A stretch of 64,000 nt of DNA, taken from NCBI GenBank assembly GCA_002269645.1, contig NIVC01000092.1, positions 310,001 to 374,000 of the forward strand, given 5' to 3'. The stretch's first letter is position 1, and each line of letters starts with the position of its first letter. The notes beneath the pieces were generated by a model. The model made no database searches. It saw only the letters and a program-made list of their open reading frames with translations, and had not been told where the DNA came from. The position numbers and the translations under genes are program-made. Below, one piece after another: positions 33,314 to 50,117 of the stretch. The stretch is from Macrostomum lignano (Eukaryota).

Positions 33314-34813
33314 ATGTGGGAAGACGACGGCAGCAGCGACTTCGGTAGGCAGGCCAACGGCGACTCAAATGGGAGCGAGAGTACAGGCGCACTGGACTTG
33401 GGCCACTCGGAGCTCATGTACGGCACCTTCATGGACCCAGCGGCTGCTTGGGCTGGACAGTACGACCTGAACCAGCTGCAGCATCAGCACCAGCACCTTC
33501 AATATCAGCACCAGCACCAGCAGAGTCTTCAGTTCTCAGTTGGTCATTCGAGCGAGCAGGACGAAGCGGCCAGAGCAGCCGCTGGCATCGAAGGTTCAGC
33601 GATGATCCAAGCTGGAATCATTGAGGACCAGGAGGCTGCAGCCGCCGCCGCTGCTTCTGGGCCTCATCAGCTGCGGCTGCAGGTGCAGCAGCAGCAACAA
33701 AGACAGCAACAGCTGCCTTCTGTTCCAGAGCTCGCCAGCTGGTGGGGCTCAAATGCCAATGGTCGTCAAGCTGCCGCCACGAGCAGCGGAGCAGCTTCGA
33801 CCAGCGTCTGGGCACCCGACCAGCAGCACCAGCAGCTGGCCAACCAGCCTTCCGAGACTGTGTCGGAACGCGAGTTCATCATCGTCCGGAAGGCGAAGGC
33901 CAGTATCAACTGGGACGGCTCGCCAGTTGCCGACGCTTCTGTTGTCTACGAGTGCCGCATCTGCGGCCGGCAGTGCCGCTGGCGCTCCAGCATTAGCGTG
34001 CACGTGCGCACGCACACAGGCCGCAAGCCGTACCAGTGCCGCGTCTGCCACCACCGATTTGCCGACAGCAGCACCCGGAAGAAGCACGAGAAGAAGACTC
34101 ACGGCTGCATCATACCGGGCACCAAGAAGGCTGCCGGATTCGATGGCCAAATGCCGACAGCGGGCGCGGCGACCGATGCTTCAGGACTGCAGCTGCAGCA
34201 CCCGCCAGAGCCCAGCAATCTGACCTGCCACCTGTGCTTCGCTATGCTGCCAAACGAGACGGAGCTCACCAAGCACCTGTACGAGTACCACAATCACCTG
34301 TCGCCGTCCGATTTTGGCGCCCCGGTCGGTGCCGCCGATGAGATCCCGGTGCTGGTCACGCCTGTCAGGCGAGTCCCCGTCAGGCAGCCAGAACCGTCGG
34401 TGTACCAGCACCAGCTCCAGCACCAGCACCAGGTGCAGGTTGCCAGCCAGAGCGTCTGGCCAGAATTCGACGAGCCGACACAACTGTCGCAGTCTCAGCT
34501 GATGCACCGGCAGCAGCAGCAGCATCAGCAGCAGCAATCGATGGGAATCCCGCTGCCAGCTGTTCAGCAGAGCGTCAGGGACCGCGAGATCGATCAGAAC
34601 ATCGGCGCGGCCATGGACCAGAAGTGCGACCAGGAGCAGCTGCAGCAGGAAGCTCAGCAGCAGCAGCAGCAGCAGGAGGATGGCCAAGACCTGCTCTATC
34701 CGTACGAGATCGGCTGCTTAGGCCGCGATCTGCACGGCATTGAGAGCATCCTGGACGATGGACGGCTTGGCAACTACCATCAGCACTTGGATTTCGATAA
34801 GCTGGATTGGTGA
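33314..34813 (+). CDS. Intronless C2H2 zinc-finger transcription factor, 499 aa
   Basis: YECRICGRQCRWRSSISVHVRTHTGRKPYQCRVCHHRFADSSTRKKHEKKTH (TGRKPY linker), a third CHLC..HLYEYH finger, and Q/H-rich flanks. Confidence 0.9.
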   Translation: MWEDDGSSDFGRQANGDSNGSESTGALDLGHSELMYGTFMDPAAAWAGQYDLNQLQHQHQHLQYQHQHQQSLQFSVGHSSEQDEAARAAAGIEGSAMIQAGIIEDQEAAAAAAASGPHQLRLQVQQQQQRQQQLPSVPELASWWGSNANGRQAAATSSGAASTSVWAPDQQHQQLANQPSETVSEREFIIVRKAKASINWDGSPVADASVVYECRICGRQCRWRSSISVHVRTHTGRKPYQCRVCHHRFADSSTRKKHEKKTHGCIIPGTKKAAGFDGQMPTAGAATDASGLQLQHPPEPSNLTCHLCFAMLPNETELTKHLYEYHNHLSPSDFGAPVGAADEIPVLVTPVRRVPVRQPEPSVYQHQLQHQHQVQVASQSVWPEFDEPTQLSQSQLMHRQQQQHQQQQSMGIPLPAVQQSVRDREIDQNIGAAMDQKCDQEQLQQEAQQQQQQQEDGQDLLYPYEIGCLGRDLHGIESILDDGRLGNYHQHLDFDKLDW

Positions 34814-36719
34814 TTGTGGCATTGGAAACAATTCGTGACAGAGATGCTGTTTGAGTCCCCATTGGTTGCCATCTTGTTCGAGTGTGCTTAATAAATGTTG
34901 TGTTTTTTTCCTTCTAGCCAAATACCTGAAATACCTGCTACTGTAGCCCTCGTGTCATTTGCATTATTAATATTTATCAAAGGCCAAATGCTCTTGAATT
35001 CTTGTTAAAAAGTTTTAAATTTCCGTATTTGAATAGTAATTTTCAGCTTTCATATTTCATTAAAAGGCGTACACAAAAAACAGGTCACTCAATTAATTAT
35101 TGAGTCAATTTTTCTGCCACTGTCGAATTCCTCTTAATCTCTCTCTAAGCTGCCACATGATTTTCCTTGTTCGTTGAAGCTTTTACAACTCAGTTTTACT
35201 GCCGATTTCAATCATCGGTTGTCAGAGATTTTCCTTGTCTACTACTTGTAATAAGTAGCCCTTAAGTAGTGCTGTAGGTTGTTTATGCTGAAATGATAAA
35301 AATTAATAAATATAATCAAAAAACGTTAATTGCCTTGAAACTTTGAACCAAAAGGTTACTTTATGATTCATAAAGGTTTTTTAGTTTTTTAAGTTTATTT
35401 TCAGCGAATAATGAATAACCAGTTGATTAAATAAACTCATATCAAGTTGAATTCCACATTTCTATTTTGAAAGTAATCTTCCGCTGGTTCTGCAGCCATG
35501 CCCCATGCCAGACTCACGGATATGAGACCTTTGTGCATTCTCTATGCAGCCAATGCTCTCTCCCGGTCTCTCCAATTCCCTAATCCAAAAAGAGCAGTGG
35601 GCCTCAGAAGATTCCCATGGTACTGCTATTCACATATAGCATATATTATAGCAATATTTTGTCTCGTTGCCAGCCCCGCTCACCTGCAGCTCAGCGCGGC
35701 TCTCTCACTCTCTGCTCAACCCCCCATGGTGAGGGCTTTTCTTCCCCGGGTTGTGCACGTTTGAGCTCAACCCTCTGAGCTAGCAGCGATCTCCATAGTG
35801 CGCTGCTGGCTTTACACTGGGACGAGAATGCCTGGGTAGTGGAAGGAGTGTCGGGGGGACTCCCAGGGGGAGGGCGGGAAGAGCTACTCTAATCTTCTCA
35901 TAGCTTACACCCACCGTTGTGTCAGTTGCCATTGGTAACGCGCAGTTTGCAGCTCTTCAACGGTTCAGTTGGCAGTTCATATTTTTGATGGACGAACCGC
36001 GGGATTTGAGAAGACAGAAGGAGAGCGGGAGGGTTGGGAAGGGTTGAGAACTACCCAGAGGGAGAGAAGAGAGAAGGGGAGAGAAAAATTGGGTAGAAAA
36101 CATAGTGGGCGACATCCCCTTCCCTCTGTCCTCCTCCCAGCTCTCGCCTGTTCCTCTCCTATTTCCCGACCATAAGAGCCGAGCGCTGGGAGACCAACTT
36201 CTTAACTAGATTAAATTTCCGCGAGACGCTAGCGCTATCTACAACACTGGTGAGTAAAATATTAGTTGGGATGTACGAGCTACTTCTATATAAATTTTGA
36301 AGCAATTAATTCCGAAAATTGCTGTTTTACAATTTGAGCAGTTTTAAGCGAGCTTTGCAGTAAATTACAAAACTACAGAAATTTTAATTCATTATACTTG
36401 CAATGCCGCAAAAGGCCATGCTAGCAAGTGAAAAAAGATCGACCTATTTCAATTTTCACTAACCATTGTCACTTTCTAGTTTACAAGATCAGTGTGCACT
36501 ATTGACAGACTGAATTCATCAATGCAATCAAAACCTTTGACAGCTTTTTGTTGTTTTGCTTTGTCACTTTTAACAATAAATTCGCTTGCTTAAGCTTCTG
36601 TATGCATGATGCTTAATTAATAGATTGAGTGACCTAGTTTGTAATTTTCATAGGCTCATAACTAAAGTGTCATAGGCTCATATACAGTTTTTCATAGACA
36701 TTATGACAATGAATTGAGG

Positions 36720-37228
36720 CCATTAGACTCCCGTGAATCCATTAGAGTCCTACTGAAGCCATTAGACTCCCACAGAAGCGATTAGACTCCCACAGAAGCC
36801 ATTAGACTCCCACAGAAGCCATCAGACTCCCACAAAAGCCATTAGATTCCTACTGAAGCCATTAGAATCCTATTGAAGCCATTAGAATCCTACTGAAGCC
36901 ATCAGACTCCTACTGAAGCCATCAGACTCCCACAAAAGCCATCAGACTCCCACAAAAGCCATTAGACTCCCACAAAAGCCATTAGACTCCCACAGAAGCC
37001 ATTAGACTCCACAGAAGCCATTAGACTCCCACAGAAGCCATCAGACTCCCACAGAAGCCATCAGACTCCCACAGAAGCCATCAGACTCCCACAGAAGCCA
37101 TCAGACTCCCACAGAAGCCATCAGACTCCCACAGAAGCCATCAGACTCCCACAGAAGCCATTAGACTCCCACAGAAGCCATCAGACTCCCACAGAAGCCA
37201 TCAGACTCCCACAGAAGCCATCAGACTT
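36720..37228. repeat. 20-bp minisatellite (GAAGCCATCAGACTCCCACA)
   Basis: Direct tandem units. Confidence 0.95.
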
Positions 37229-37550
37229 CCTCAGAAACCACAAAACTCAGGAGCCATCGTATTAAGTCACAAAAAGAAAAGAAATCCAGTCTGTAATAAT
37301 CGAATTTCTCATGTAAAAGCTTCACTCCCACTAATTGCATGGTAAACATACTTTAGTATGCAGTAGTTTGCAATTGCACTTACATTTATCCCCAGAGCTG
37401 CACGTTTCACTTTTCCCACTGCTTATCCTCGCTTTTAACCCAATGTTTAATCCCCACCCATTGTAAACCACTTGATTAACCATCGTTGCTAAACCTACCG
37501 GGTGTACTTTACCTACTTAAAAATCTACTGTCAGACTTGGTTGAGCATTG

Positions 37551-40500
37551 ATGGATCACAACAAGGTGCAGCCGGCAAATCAGGAGCAACACCAGCAGCA
37601 GCACCATAACTTGCAGATGCAGCAGCAGCCGCAACAACAGCAGGGCAACGGAGCCTACGGCAATCCGCAGATGCAGCAGCAGGCGCCGCCGCCGCAGGCT
37701 GGAGCAGGCGGCTACGCCGGGCCCTACGGAAACCCCGCCTACGGCAACCAGCAGCAGATGCCGCCGCAGCAGCAGCAGCACATGATGATGGCCATGCAGC
37801 AGCAGCAGCGCCAGGAGCAGCCGTGGATGCAGAGGCCAACGGTGCCAAACTGTCCATCGGGTCTGGAGTACCTCACCCAGCTGGACCAGCTGCTCATCAA
37901 GCAGAAGAAGGAGTTCTTTGAGAGTGAGTCTGTTTGCGAATCTGTTAAATTGATTTTAGAGGTCTTTGGCACCAGGGGCTTTAGCACCAGGGGCTTTAGC
38001 ACCAGGGGCTTTAGCACCAGGGGCTTTAGCACCAGGGGCTTTAGCACCAGGGGCGCCAGCACCAGGGGCTTTAGCACCAGGGGCGCCAGCTCCAGGGGCG
38101 CCAGTACTAAGGCTTTATGATAAGAGTGCCACCATATTATTTTGCCGGCCGAGGCCCCTTGTCCATCCTCATAGCAACATTTACGCCCCTGCTTCGTGTA
38201 CTTAAAAATTATGACAAATTAAAACTACTAACAGTAGCGTGACTTAAGATGCGATGCAAAGCGAGTGAGATTAGTGAGTTCACCTACATGTACTATCACC
38301 CTGTTAACAAGTAGGAATACGAACTACATGGGGGGATTTCCACCCCGTGACAATTCTGAACAAATTTTTGTTGTGCACCTTCTCGAACAAGTGTCAGGTC
38401 GCAAGAGTCAGCTCGCGGAGAGGAATCCCCCCTCTCCTTGGTAGTTCCACTGGAACGCGTAAAGTGCACAATATACTTTGTGTCTTACTTGCTGAATGCA
38501 AAACCAATCTATTTCAATTCCAGTGATGTCCGGCTTTGAAATGCAGAACAAATACGTGGTGCAGAATTCGGTTGGTCAGCGCGTCTACTATGCCAAGGAG
38601 TGTGAGTTTTTGTTTTTCTACAGCTCACGAAATTGGAATTTAGTATTTTACTATTGGTATACTGATTTACGAGCCTAGATGACGCATTGTCGAGTTTAGC
38701 CTTAAACAAATAAAACTACGAATTGGCCAACCAATCAGAGACGAGAACGCGGGTTAATGGCTTTTAACGTCCTTTGATGACGTCACTAGCGTCCAATGGC
38801 TGGTAAACACTTCGATTTCGGCATCGTTTTTACTACGTGTACATGTAAATACTAAAAGTAATGAGTTCTAAATTGTGCTTAATTTTAGGACAAAAATACA
38901 CTAGAGGAGATAGGCACGGCCAGAATTCTTATTTTATTTTTGTTTGTTAGCATGAATTCATCAAAGTCACATTGATTGGATTTTCACTCATGAAGATTAC
39001 ACTGACTGAAATTCCACTCATCAAGGTCACATTGATTGGATTTCCACTCATCAAGGTCACATTGATTGGATTTCCACTCATCAAGGTCACATTGATTGGA
39101 TTTCCACTCATCAAGGTCACATTGATTGGATTTCCACTCATCAAGGTCACATTGATTGGATTTCCACTCATCAAGGTCACATTGATTGGATTTCCACTCA
39201 TCAAGGTCACATTGATTGGATTTCCACTCATGAAGGTTACACTGACTGAAATTCCACTCATCAAGGTCACATTGATTGGATTTCCACTCATCAAGGTCAC
39301 ATTGATTGGATTTCCACTCATCAAGGTCACATTGATTGGATTTCCACTCATCAAGGTCACATTGATTGGATTTCCACTCATGAAGGTTACACTGACTGAA
39401 ATTCCACTCATCAAGGTCACATTGATTGGATTTCCACTCATCAAGGTCACATTGATTGGATTTCCACTCATCAAGGTCACATTGATTGGATTTCCACTCA
39501 TCAAGGTCACATTGATTGGATTTCCACTCATCAAGGTCACATTGATTGGATTTCCACTCATCAAGGTCACATTGATTGGATTTCCACTCATCAAGGTCAC
39601 ATTGATTGGATTTCCACTCATCAAGGTCACATTGATTGGATTTCCACTCATCAAGGTCACATTGATTGGATTTCCACTCATCAAGGTCACATTGATTGGA
39701 TTTCCACTCATCAAGGTCACATTGATTGGATTTCCACTCATCAAGGTCACATTGATTGGATTTCCACTCATGAAGGTTACACTGACTGAAATTCCACTCA
39801 TCAAGGTCACATTGATTGGATTTCCACTCATCAAGGTCACATTGATTGGATTTCCACTCATCAAGGTCACATTGATTGGATTTCCACTCATCAAGGTCAC
39901 ATTGATTGGATTTACACTCATCAAGGTCACATTGATTGGATTTACACTCATCAAGGTCACATTGATTGGATTTCCACTCATCAAGGTCACATTGATTGGA
40001 TTTCCACTCATGAAGGTTACACTGACTGAAATTCCACTCATCAAGGTCACATTGATTGGATTTCCACTCATCAAGGTCACATTGATTGGATTTACACTCA
40101 TCAAGGTCCCATTGATTGGATTTACACTCATCAAGGTCACATTGATTGGATTTACACTCATCAAGGTCACATTGATTGGATTTCCACTCATCAAGGTCAC
40201 ATTGATTGGATTTCCACTCATGAAGGTTACACTGACTGAAATTCCACTCATCAAGGTCACATTGATTGGATTTCCACTCATCAAGGTCACATTGATTGGA
40301 TTTACACTCATCAAGGTCACATTGATTGGATTTACACTCATCAAGGTCACATTGATTGGATTTCCACTCATCAAGGTCAATCTAATTGGATTTCTACAAA
40401 TAAAGGCCACTTCAGTTGGATTTTCAAATGATCTTTGGAAGTCCAGACTATAAGAAATCAGTCGGTTTATTGCTATAAGCCTGAGCCTAATAAGTGTAGA

Positions 40501-42256
40501 TTTTAAGTTAATTTACTCCATGAAGAGTACGACCTCCTACTGCTAGTGGTTCATGGTAAATCAGTAAAAAGCTTACCCCGATTACACGCGCCAACGACCC
40601 AAAAAGCCTCGGACACGTGCGTTCGTCAGTGCTGCGGTCCGCAGCGACCCTTCGAGCTGGCCATCGAGGACAACTTCGGCACCGAGGTGATCCACGTTAG
40701 CCGGCCCTACAAGTGCATGTGCTACCACCAGGTGTGCTCCTGCTTCAAGTGCTGCTTTGACGAAGTCACGGTGGAGGCCCCGCCCGGTAACAAGGTCGGC
40801 AAGGTGGTGCAGGTGTACGGCTCCTGCCAGGCCATGTACCACATCTGCGACGAGAACGATGAAACCGTGCTTGTGATTGACGGGCCATCCTACATGAAGT
40901 GCTACTGCCCTGGAGACGACATTCCGTTCAGGGTGAGTTCAACTAGCTATCATTCGTTTACTAATGACTCGCTTTTCACTCAGTGTGTCAGTTAAAAATA
41001 GGGGCTTCCTCTCGTCAAGATCATTAGCATTTGGACTTCACCCTTCGCAGTTGGATTTCCACTCCTCAAGGTCACTTCAGTCGGATTTCTGCTCCTCAAG
41101 GTCACTTCAGTCGGATTTCCATTCATCAAGGACACTTCAGTCGGATTTCCACTCCTCAAGGTCACTTCAGTCGGATTTCCATTCATCAAGGTCACTTCAG
41201 TCGGATTTCCGCTCCTCAAGGTCACTTCAGTCGGATTTCCGCTCCTCAAGGTCACTTCAGTCGGATTTCCGCTCCTCAAGGTCACTTTAGGTCGGATTTC
41301 CACTCCCCAAGGTCACTTCAGGTCAGATTTTCACTCCCCAAGGTCACTTGAGTCGGATTTTCCACTCCTCAAGGTCACTTGAGTTGGATTTCTGTGCTTT
41401 TTGCAAACGGTCAGTTCAGTGGGATTCCCAATTAAAGTACAAGTGTACTTTACTAACACTCTGAACAAATCTACAAATGATTTGCTTACCTCACCCCTGC
41501 ACAGCTGATGTCGAAAGACGGCAGCAACGAGATCGGGCGCGTGTCCAAGCAGTGGAGCAACCTGCTGCAGGAATATTTCACTGATGCCGACAATTTCGGT
41601 ATCACTTTTCCGCGCGACCTCGACGTCAAGGTCAAGACTGTCATTCTGGGCGCCTGCTTTCTGATCGTAAGTTGCTTGGATCTACATGCGCAACAGTCGG
41701 CCGAGTCGGCCGATCCGGCCGACCGATTTGGCGGCCAACCAAGGAAGTCGCAAAAATGCCCACCCGAAAAACACCAAGTAGTAGTACTAAGTAGCTGACG
41801 AGGCATTTTGGCTTAATAAGACAGTTATAGTTACTCCTGCCGTTTACCCAAAGTTGCGTTAATTTTGCTTTAGGTTTTTTTTACATGCAAGTCGCATTTT
41901 TGGCCAAAAACTACGTCGCATTTTTGTTAAAACTAAGTCGCACGGCCGACCGAATTTTGGAGGTTGCGCATGTATGTGCTTGGATCTACAGAGAGTGTGA
42001 CATACCTGACGAATAGACAGCCAGGACCGATGTACACCTGTGTGAGCGCGTACGAGTGCGTGACTGCGTACAGTATTGGCGCGCCTGTATGCTTTCAGGA
42101 GTCAACGTAATGAGCTCTGTACTTTTAGATATTATTGACCCCCCCTTATCTACTCCCTTCCCCAAACTCGATTCTCATTGGCTAAGCAGCTGAGCATCTT
42201 CACTCCACTTCCAGGACTTCATGTTCTTCGAACGTCAAGGTCGACAACACCACTGA
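37551..42256 (+). CDS. PLSCR: Phospholipid scramblase (PLSCR family), ~326 aa, 5 coding exons
   Basis: Exons 37551-37923, 38524-38601, 40607-40932, 41505-41666 and 42215-42256 join in frame. Q/P-rich N-terminus, CPSGLEYLTQLDQLLIKQ, GFEMQNKY, CVRQCCGPQRPF, Cys-rich loop, IGRVSKQW, FTDADNFGITFP.DLDVK.K...LGACFLIDFMFFE. Confidence 0.93.
37967..38115. repeat. 15-bp minisatellite (GCACCAGGGGCTTTA / GCACCAGGGGCGCCA)
   Basis: Direct tandem units; related to the reverse complement of the 21076-21534 unit. Confidence 0.9.
38952..40440. repeat. 30-bp minisatellite (TCAAGGTCACATTGATTGGATTTCCACTCA), scramblase intron 2
   Basis: About 49 units with an interspersed variant TGAAGGTTACACTGACTGAAATTCCACTCA. 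Confidence 0.97.
41040..41395. repeat. 30-bp minisatellite (TCAAGGTCACTTCAGTCGGATTTCCRCTCC), scramblase intron 3
   Basis: Related to the intron-2 unit. Confidence 0.95.
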
Positions 42257-42704
42257 GTCTGAGTCTGCGGTCTGAGGACCTGGCCAGACTACTAGATAAC
42301 AATTTGGTTGATAGGAAGCCTGTCCGAACCAGATTTCATCGCATAAATGCTATAAATTAATAATAATATTTTATGGGTTGAAGCGCTCCTTTATCTTACC
42401 TGATGTCAACAATTATTACACAATATATTTATTTTTGAGTAGCGAGTTTTCGATGCTATTAACCTTATTAATTTTTTACCCATTTTCTGGATTTACCAGT
42501 TGCTTAGAGTTACTCTTGAGTTTACCGTTCAACTTATTGATGCGTGCTGTGAACTGGACATCTACAGTTCCTTTTTGCCCTGGATAATCTGAACCTTCTA
42601 TGACCTTTATGACGCTGTAATTTCTGTAATGTTTATTTCTGAAAGAATCTCAATGCGGATTTTTTATATTTTCCACTTTTGAACTTTAAAACCTTAAAGG
42701 ATGC

Positions 42705-43075
42705 GATAACCATAATCTTGGCATCGTTAGGCGCCACAATCTGGTTAACACTTGGCGCCAAAATTTGGGTATCATTTGGCGCCATAATCTGGGTGTCTTT
42801 TCATGCCAAAATCTAAATATCATTTGGCGCCAAAATCTGGTTAACACTTGGCGCCACAATCTGGGTATCATTTGGCGCCACAATCTAAATATCATTTGGC
42901 GCCACAATCTAAATATCATTTGGCGCCACAATCTAAATATCATTTGGCGCCACAATCTAAATATCATTTGGCGCCACAATCTAAATATCATTTGGCGCCA
43001 CAATCTAAATATCATTTGGCGCCACAATCTGAATAGTATTTGGCGTCACAATCTGCAAAACGTTTGGCGCCATTT
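42705..43075. repeat. 24-bp minisatellite (ATCATTTGGCGCCACAATCTAAAT)
   Basis: Direct tandem units. Confidence 0.95.
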
Positions 43076-43413
43076 AACTTAAATAAAATATTTTAATTAA
43101 AATTTTCCTAACCTTTGTAGACGATGGTTTCAAGTTGTAACTCTGACGCCGTTAATAACTACATAATTACAAACTAAGTTTGTCCAGATAATCTCTGATC
43201 AGTCTGTTACTGCCACAATAACTTATCCACTGTCTTGTTTACTTATGCGCTCTTTTTTGCAAAATATAAAAAATTAAGTACATATATGTACGATTATCTC
43301 ATGTTAAAGCCATTGCGTACAAATTTTATATAAGCCCTTTTGATTGATTCATACGTGTACATTTAAAGTACATTGTGTCTAAAGTGCATTATATATGTGA
43401 CATTGGTTACTAA

Positions 43414-44400
43414 AGATTGACACCGGTTTGATGAAGATTGACACCAGTTTGATGAAGATTGACACCGGTTTGATGAAGATTGACACCAGTTTGATGAAGA
43501 TTGACACCAGTTTGATGAAGATTGACACCGGTTTGATGAAGATTGACACCGGTTTGATGAAGATTGACACCGGTTTGATGAAGATTGACACCGGTTTGAT
43601 GAAGATTGACACCGGTTTGATGAAGATTGACACCGGTTTGATGAAGATTGACACCGGTTTGATGAAGATTGATACCGGTTTGATGAAGATTGATACCGTT
43701 TTGATGAAGATTGACACCGGTTTGATGAAGATTGACACCGGTTTGATGAAGATTGACACCGGTTTGATGAAGATTGACACCAGTTTGATGAAGATTGACA
43801 CCAGTTTGATGAAGATTGACACCGGTTTGATGAAGATTGACACCAGTTTGATGAAGATTGACACCGGTTTGATGAAGATTGACACCAGTTTGATGAAGAT
43901 TGACACCAGTTTGATGAAGATTGACACCAGTTTGATGAAGATTGACACCGGTTTGATGAAGATTGACACCAGTTTGATGAAGATTGACACCGGTTTGATG
44001 AAGATTGATACCGTTTTGATGAAGATTGACACCGGTTTGATGAAGATTGACACCGGTTTGATGAAGATTGATACCGTTTTGATGAAGATTGACACCGGTT
44101 TGATTGACACCGGTTTGATGAAGATTGACACCGGTTTGATTGACACCGGTTTGATGAAGATTGATACCGTTTTGATGAAGATTGACACCGGTTTGATGAA
44201 GATTGACACCGGTTTGATGAAGATTGACACCGGTTTGATGAAGATTGACACCGGTTTGATGAAGATTGACACCGGTTTGATGAAGATTGATACCGTTTTG
44301 ATGAAGATTGACACCGGTTTGATGAAGATTGATACCGGTTTGATGAAGATTGATACCGGTTTGATGAAGATTGACACCGGTTTGATGAAGATTGATACTC
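43414..44400. repeat. 21-bp minisatellite (AAGATTGACACCGGTTTGATG)
   Basis: Direct tandem units. Confidence 0.97.
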
Positions 44401-44955
44401 CAGGGAGAGATTAAAGTACATTTTACTATATAATGCACTCACTCTAGCAGGATTCAGAGAGTGAACTTTACTACATAAAATCACTTGACTTTGTTACCAT
44501 AAAATTACAACAAAATCTGCAAATGCCTCGCAGTCAAAAGCAGTCATGGAGCGCTACAAAAATTCTAGCCTAATGTCAGTCTAAAGGGGCCAACAGAGCA
44601 AAGCTAGAAGAGAGAGGCGAAGGGGTTATCGCAGCCTTCTACCCCAGAGTGGACGCTGCTTCAATGCTTCTACGTGGAGAGGGTGGCTAGTGTGATAGAA
44701 GATACCATTGGACGGAATCAGCCACCGATTTATTGTGACTCTCTATGCTAAAAGAAGGAATCTGGACCCAATGCACCCGTTGCCCTGCCCGTACAAAGCT
44801 GGTTAGGGAAGTTGCAAAAATGAAAAGGGAGCCGAAAACGGGGATAGAAACTGCAAGCGTGTTGCACCACCTGATCCTGGATACAGACTACCAGACTGAG
44901 GCGTCGCATTCTGGTTAGAGCGAACTGGAAACTGAAATTTTGATTTGATTAAATT

Positions 44956-48163
<3,208 letters not shown>

Positions 48164-48167
48164 GCTC

Positions 48168-48855
48168 GGACACTTGGGACACTCGGACACATCTATCTAT
48201 ACACCCGGATACATTCATTCGACAATCGGACACATTTATTCGGACAATCGGACATATTTATTCGGACAATCATTGACACATTTATTTATGACAATCGGAC
48301 ACATTCATTCGGACAATCGGACACATTCATTCGGACAATCGGACACATTTATTCGGACAATCGGACACACTCATTCGAACAATCGGACACACTCATTCAG
48401 ACATTCAGACACATTCATTCAGACAATCGGACACATTTATTCGGACAATCGGACACATTCATTCAGACATTCAGACACATTCATTCAGACATTCAGACAC
48501 ATTCATTCAGACAATCGGACACATTTATTCGAACAATCGGACACACTCATTCGGACAATCGGACACATTCATTCGAACAATCGGACATATTTATTCGGAC
48601 AATCGGAAACATTATTTATGACAGTCGGACACATTCATTTGTGACAATCGGACAAATTTATTCGGACAATCAGACACATTCATTCAGACAATCGGACACA
48701 TTTATTCGGACAATCAGACACATTTATTCAGACAATCGGACACATTTATTCGGACAATCGGACACATTCATTCAGACAATCAGACACATTCATTCAGACA
48801 ATCGGACAAATTTATTCGGACAATCGGACACATTTATTCGGACAATCGGACACTC
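48168..48855. repeat. ~23-bp minisatellite (TTCGGACAATCGGACACATTCAT)
   Basis: Direct tandem units immediately after the argos-like stop codon. Confidence 0.93.
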
Positions 48856-50117
48856 GACATTGAATTGCTTCTTGGTCATGTTGAAGTCGGAATTGCAATT
48901 GCATGTAGCTACTGCTTGCTATAAGTACATGTAGTTCCATTGTTTGACTGAAATTTTCGGTCAGTAATTGCTAACACCTGGAAGCCATTAATATACATAC
49001 AGCTGTCATTGCTCAACGTGCATTGAGTATGGCGCCAACTCGACTTTAATTGATATGATTTATATAACCAGCTGTGGCTGATTTCTACTTAATTTTCGGC
49101 ATTATTTACATTTATAATACATATTGAGATAGATAAACAGGTTGGAATTACATGTAGGTAAATAGATAAACTATGCTCGCAGTTAGGTAGATAAAATAGG
49201 TAGATAGGTAAATAAGGTAGATATACAGGTAGAGAAAGTGGTGGATATGTAGGTAGATATGATAGACAGAAAGACCAAGTGGATTAGGTAAGTAGACAGA
49301 CAGATAAGTAGATTAGGTAGACAAAAAGGGTAGATACAGAAATAGATTAGGTAGACAAAAGCCAGGGGGCTGGGGGGCGGCGAGCCTTTGACCTCCCACA
49401 TTTGACCTCCCCTACACAACAACAAGTTTGAGGATAGGCGGATATGTGGGTTGGGCCTGTATCTAAATATAGCTTCTTAGTTAGTTCTTAACATGCCACC
49501 TTTGAAGACGACAGTGTCTTCGTTCACTAGGTAGGCAGATAAAATAGGTAGATAGATAAATAAGGCAGATATACAGGTGGGTGGATAGGAAGGTAGATTT
49601 GGTAGGCAACCGAAATAGCCCAGCCCAGACAAATGTAATGGAGCCTGAGATACTGTAATTAACTAATAGGCAGTCAAACAAATACGAGAGAACTGCATTG
49701 ATTTATTACGATGATTACACGGCACTTAATTTAGCATTTATTTACTCGCACAAACAACGTTGCATTTTGGCTGTTTTGCTGCATTGAACTAAAAATAGCG
49801 CACAGTGAATGCAATATAGAGATCATAATGTCACAGCTTCCATTTAAAATAGAGATTAGCAGTAGAGCAAATTAAAGAACGCGGAAAAGAAATGAAATAC
49901 TCCGAGTCACCAAAAATCCAAAATTTGTATAGAAATAAAACAAGCAAAGAAATAAATAAATTAAAGGAAGCCCATGCTTTATGCTATGTCAAAAACTATA
50001 ATGGAATGTGAGTATTTTATAAAACTAATGGAAGACTTGTAAAAACTAAAATAAACGAATACGAGATTCACCAAAATGTTTATCGATTTGGGGGTCTGGG
50101 GCGATTGACTGCCGACC

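Noticed and set aside
38947-44484. 300-500 aa repeat ORFs (GNPINVTLMS, IKVTLIGFPL, MKIDTGL, QSSSNRC)
   Set aside because: Stop-free minisatellites of 30 and 21 bp, open in several frames, with no gene context.
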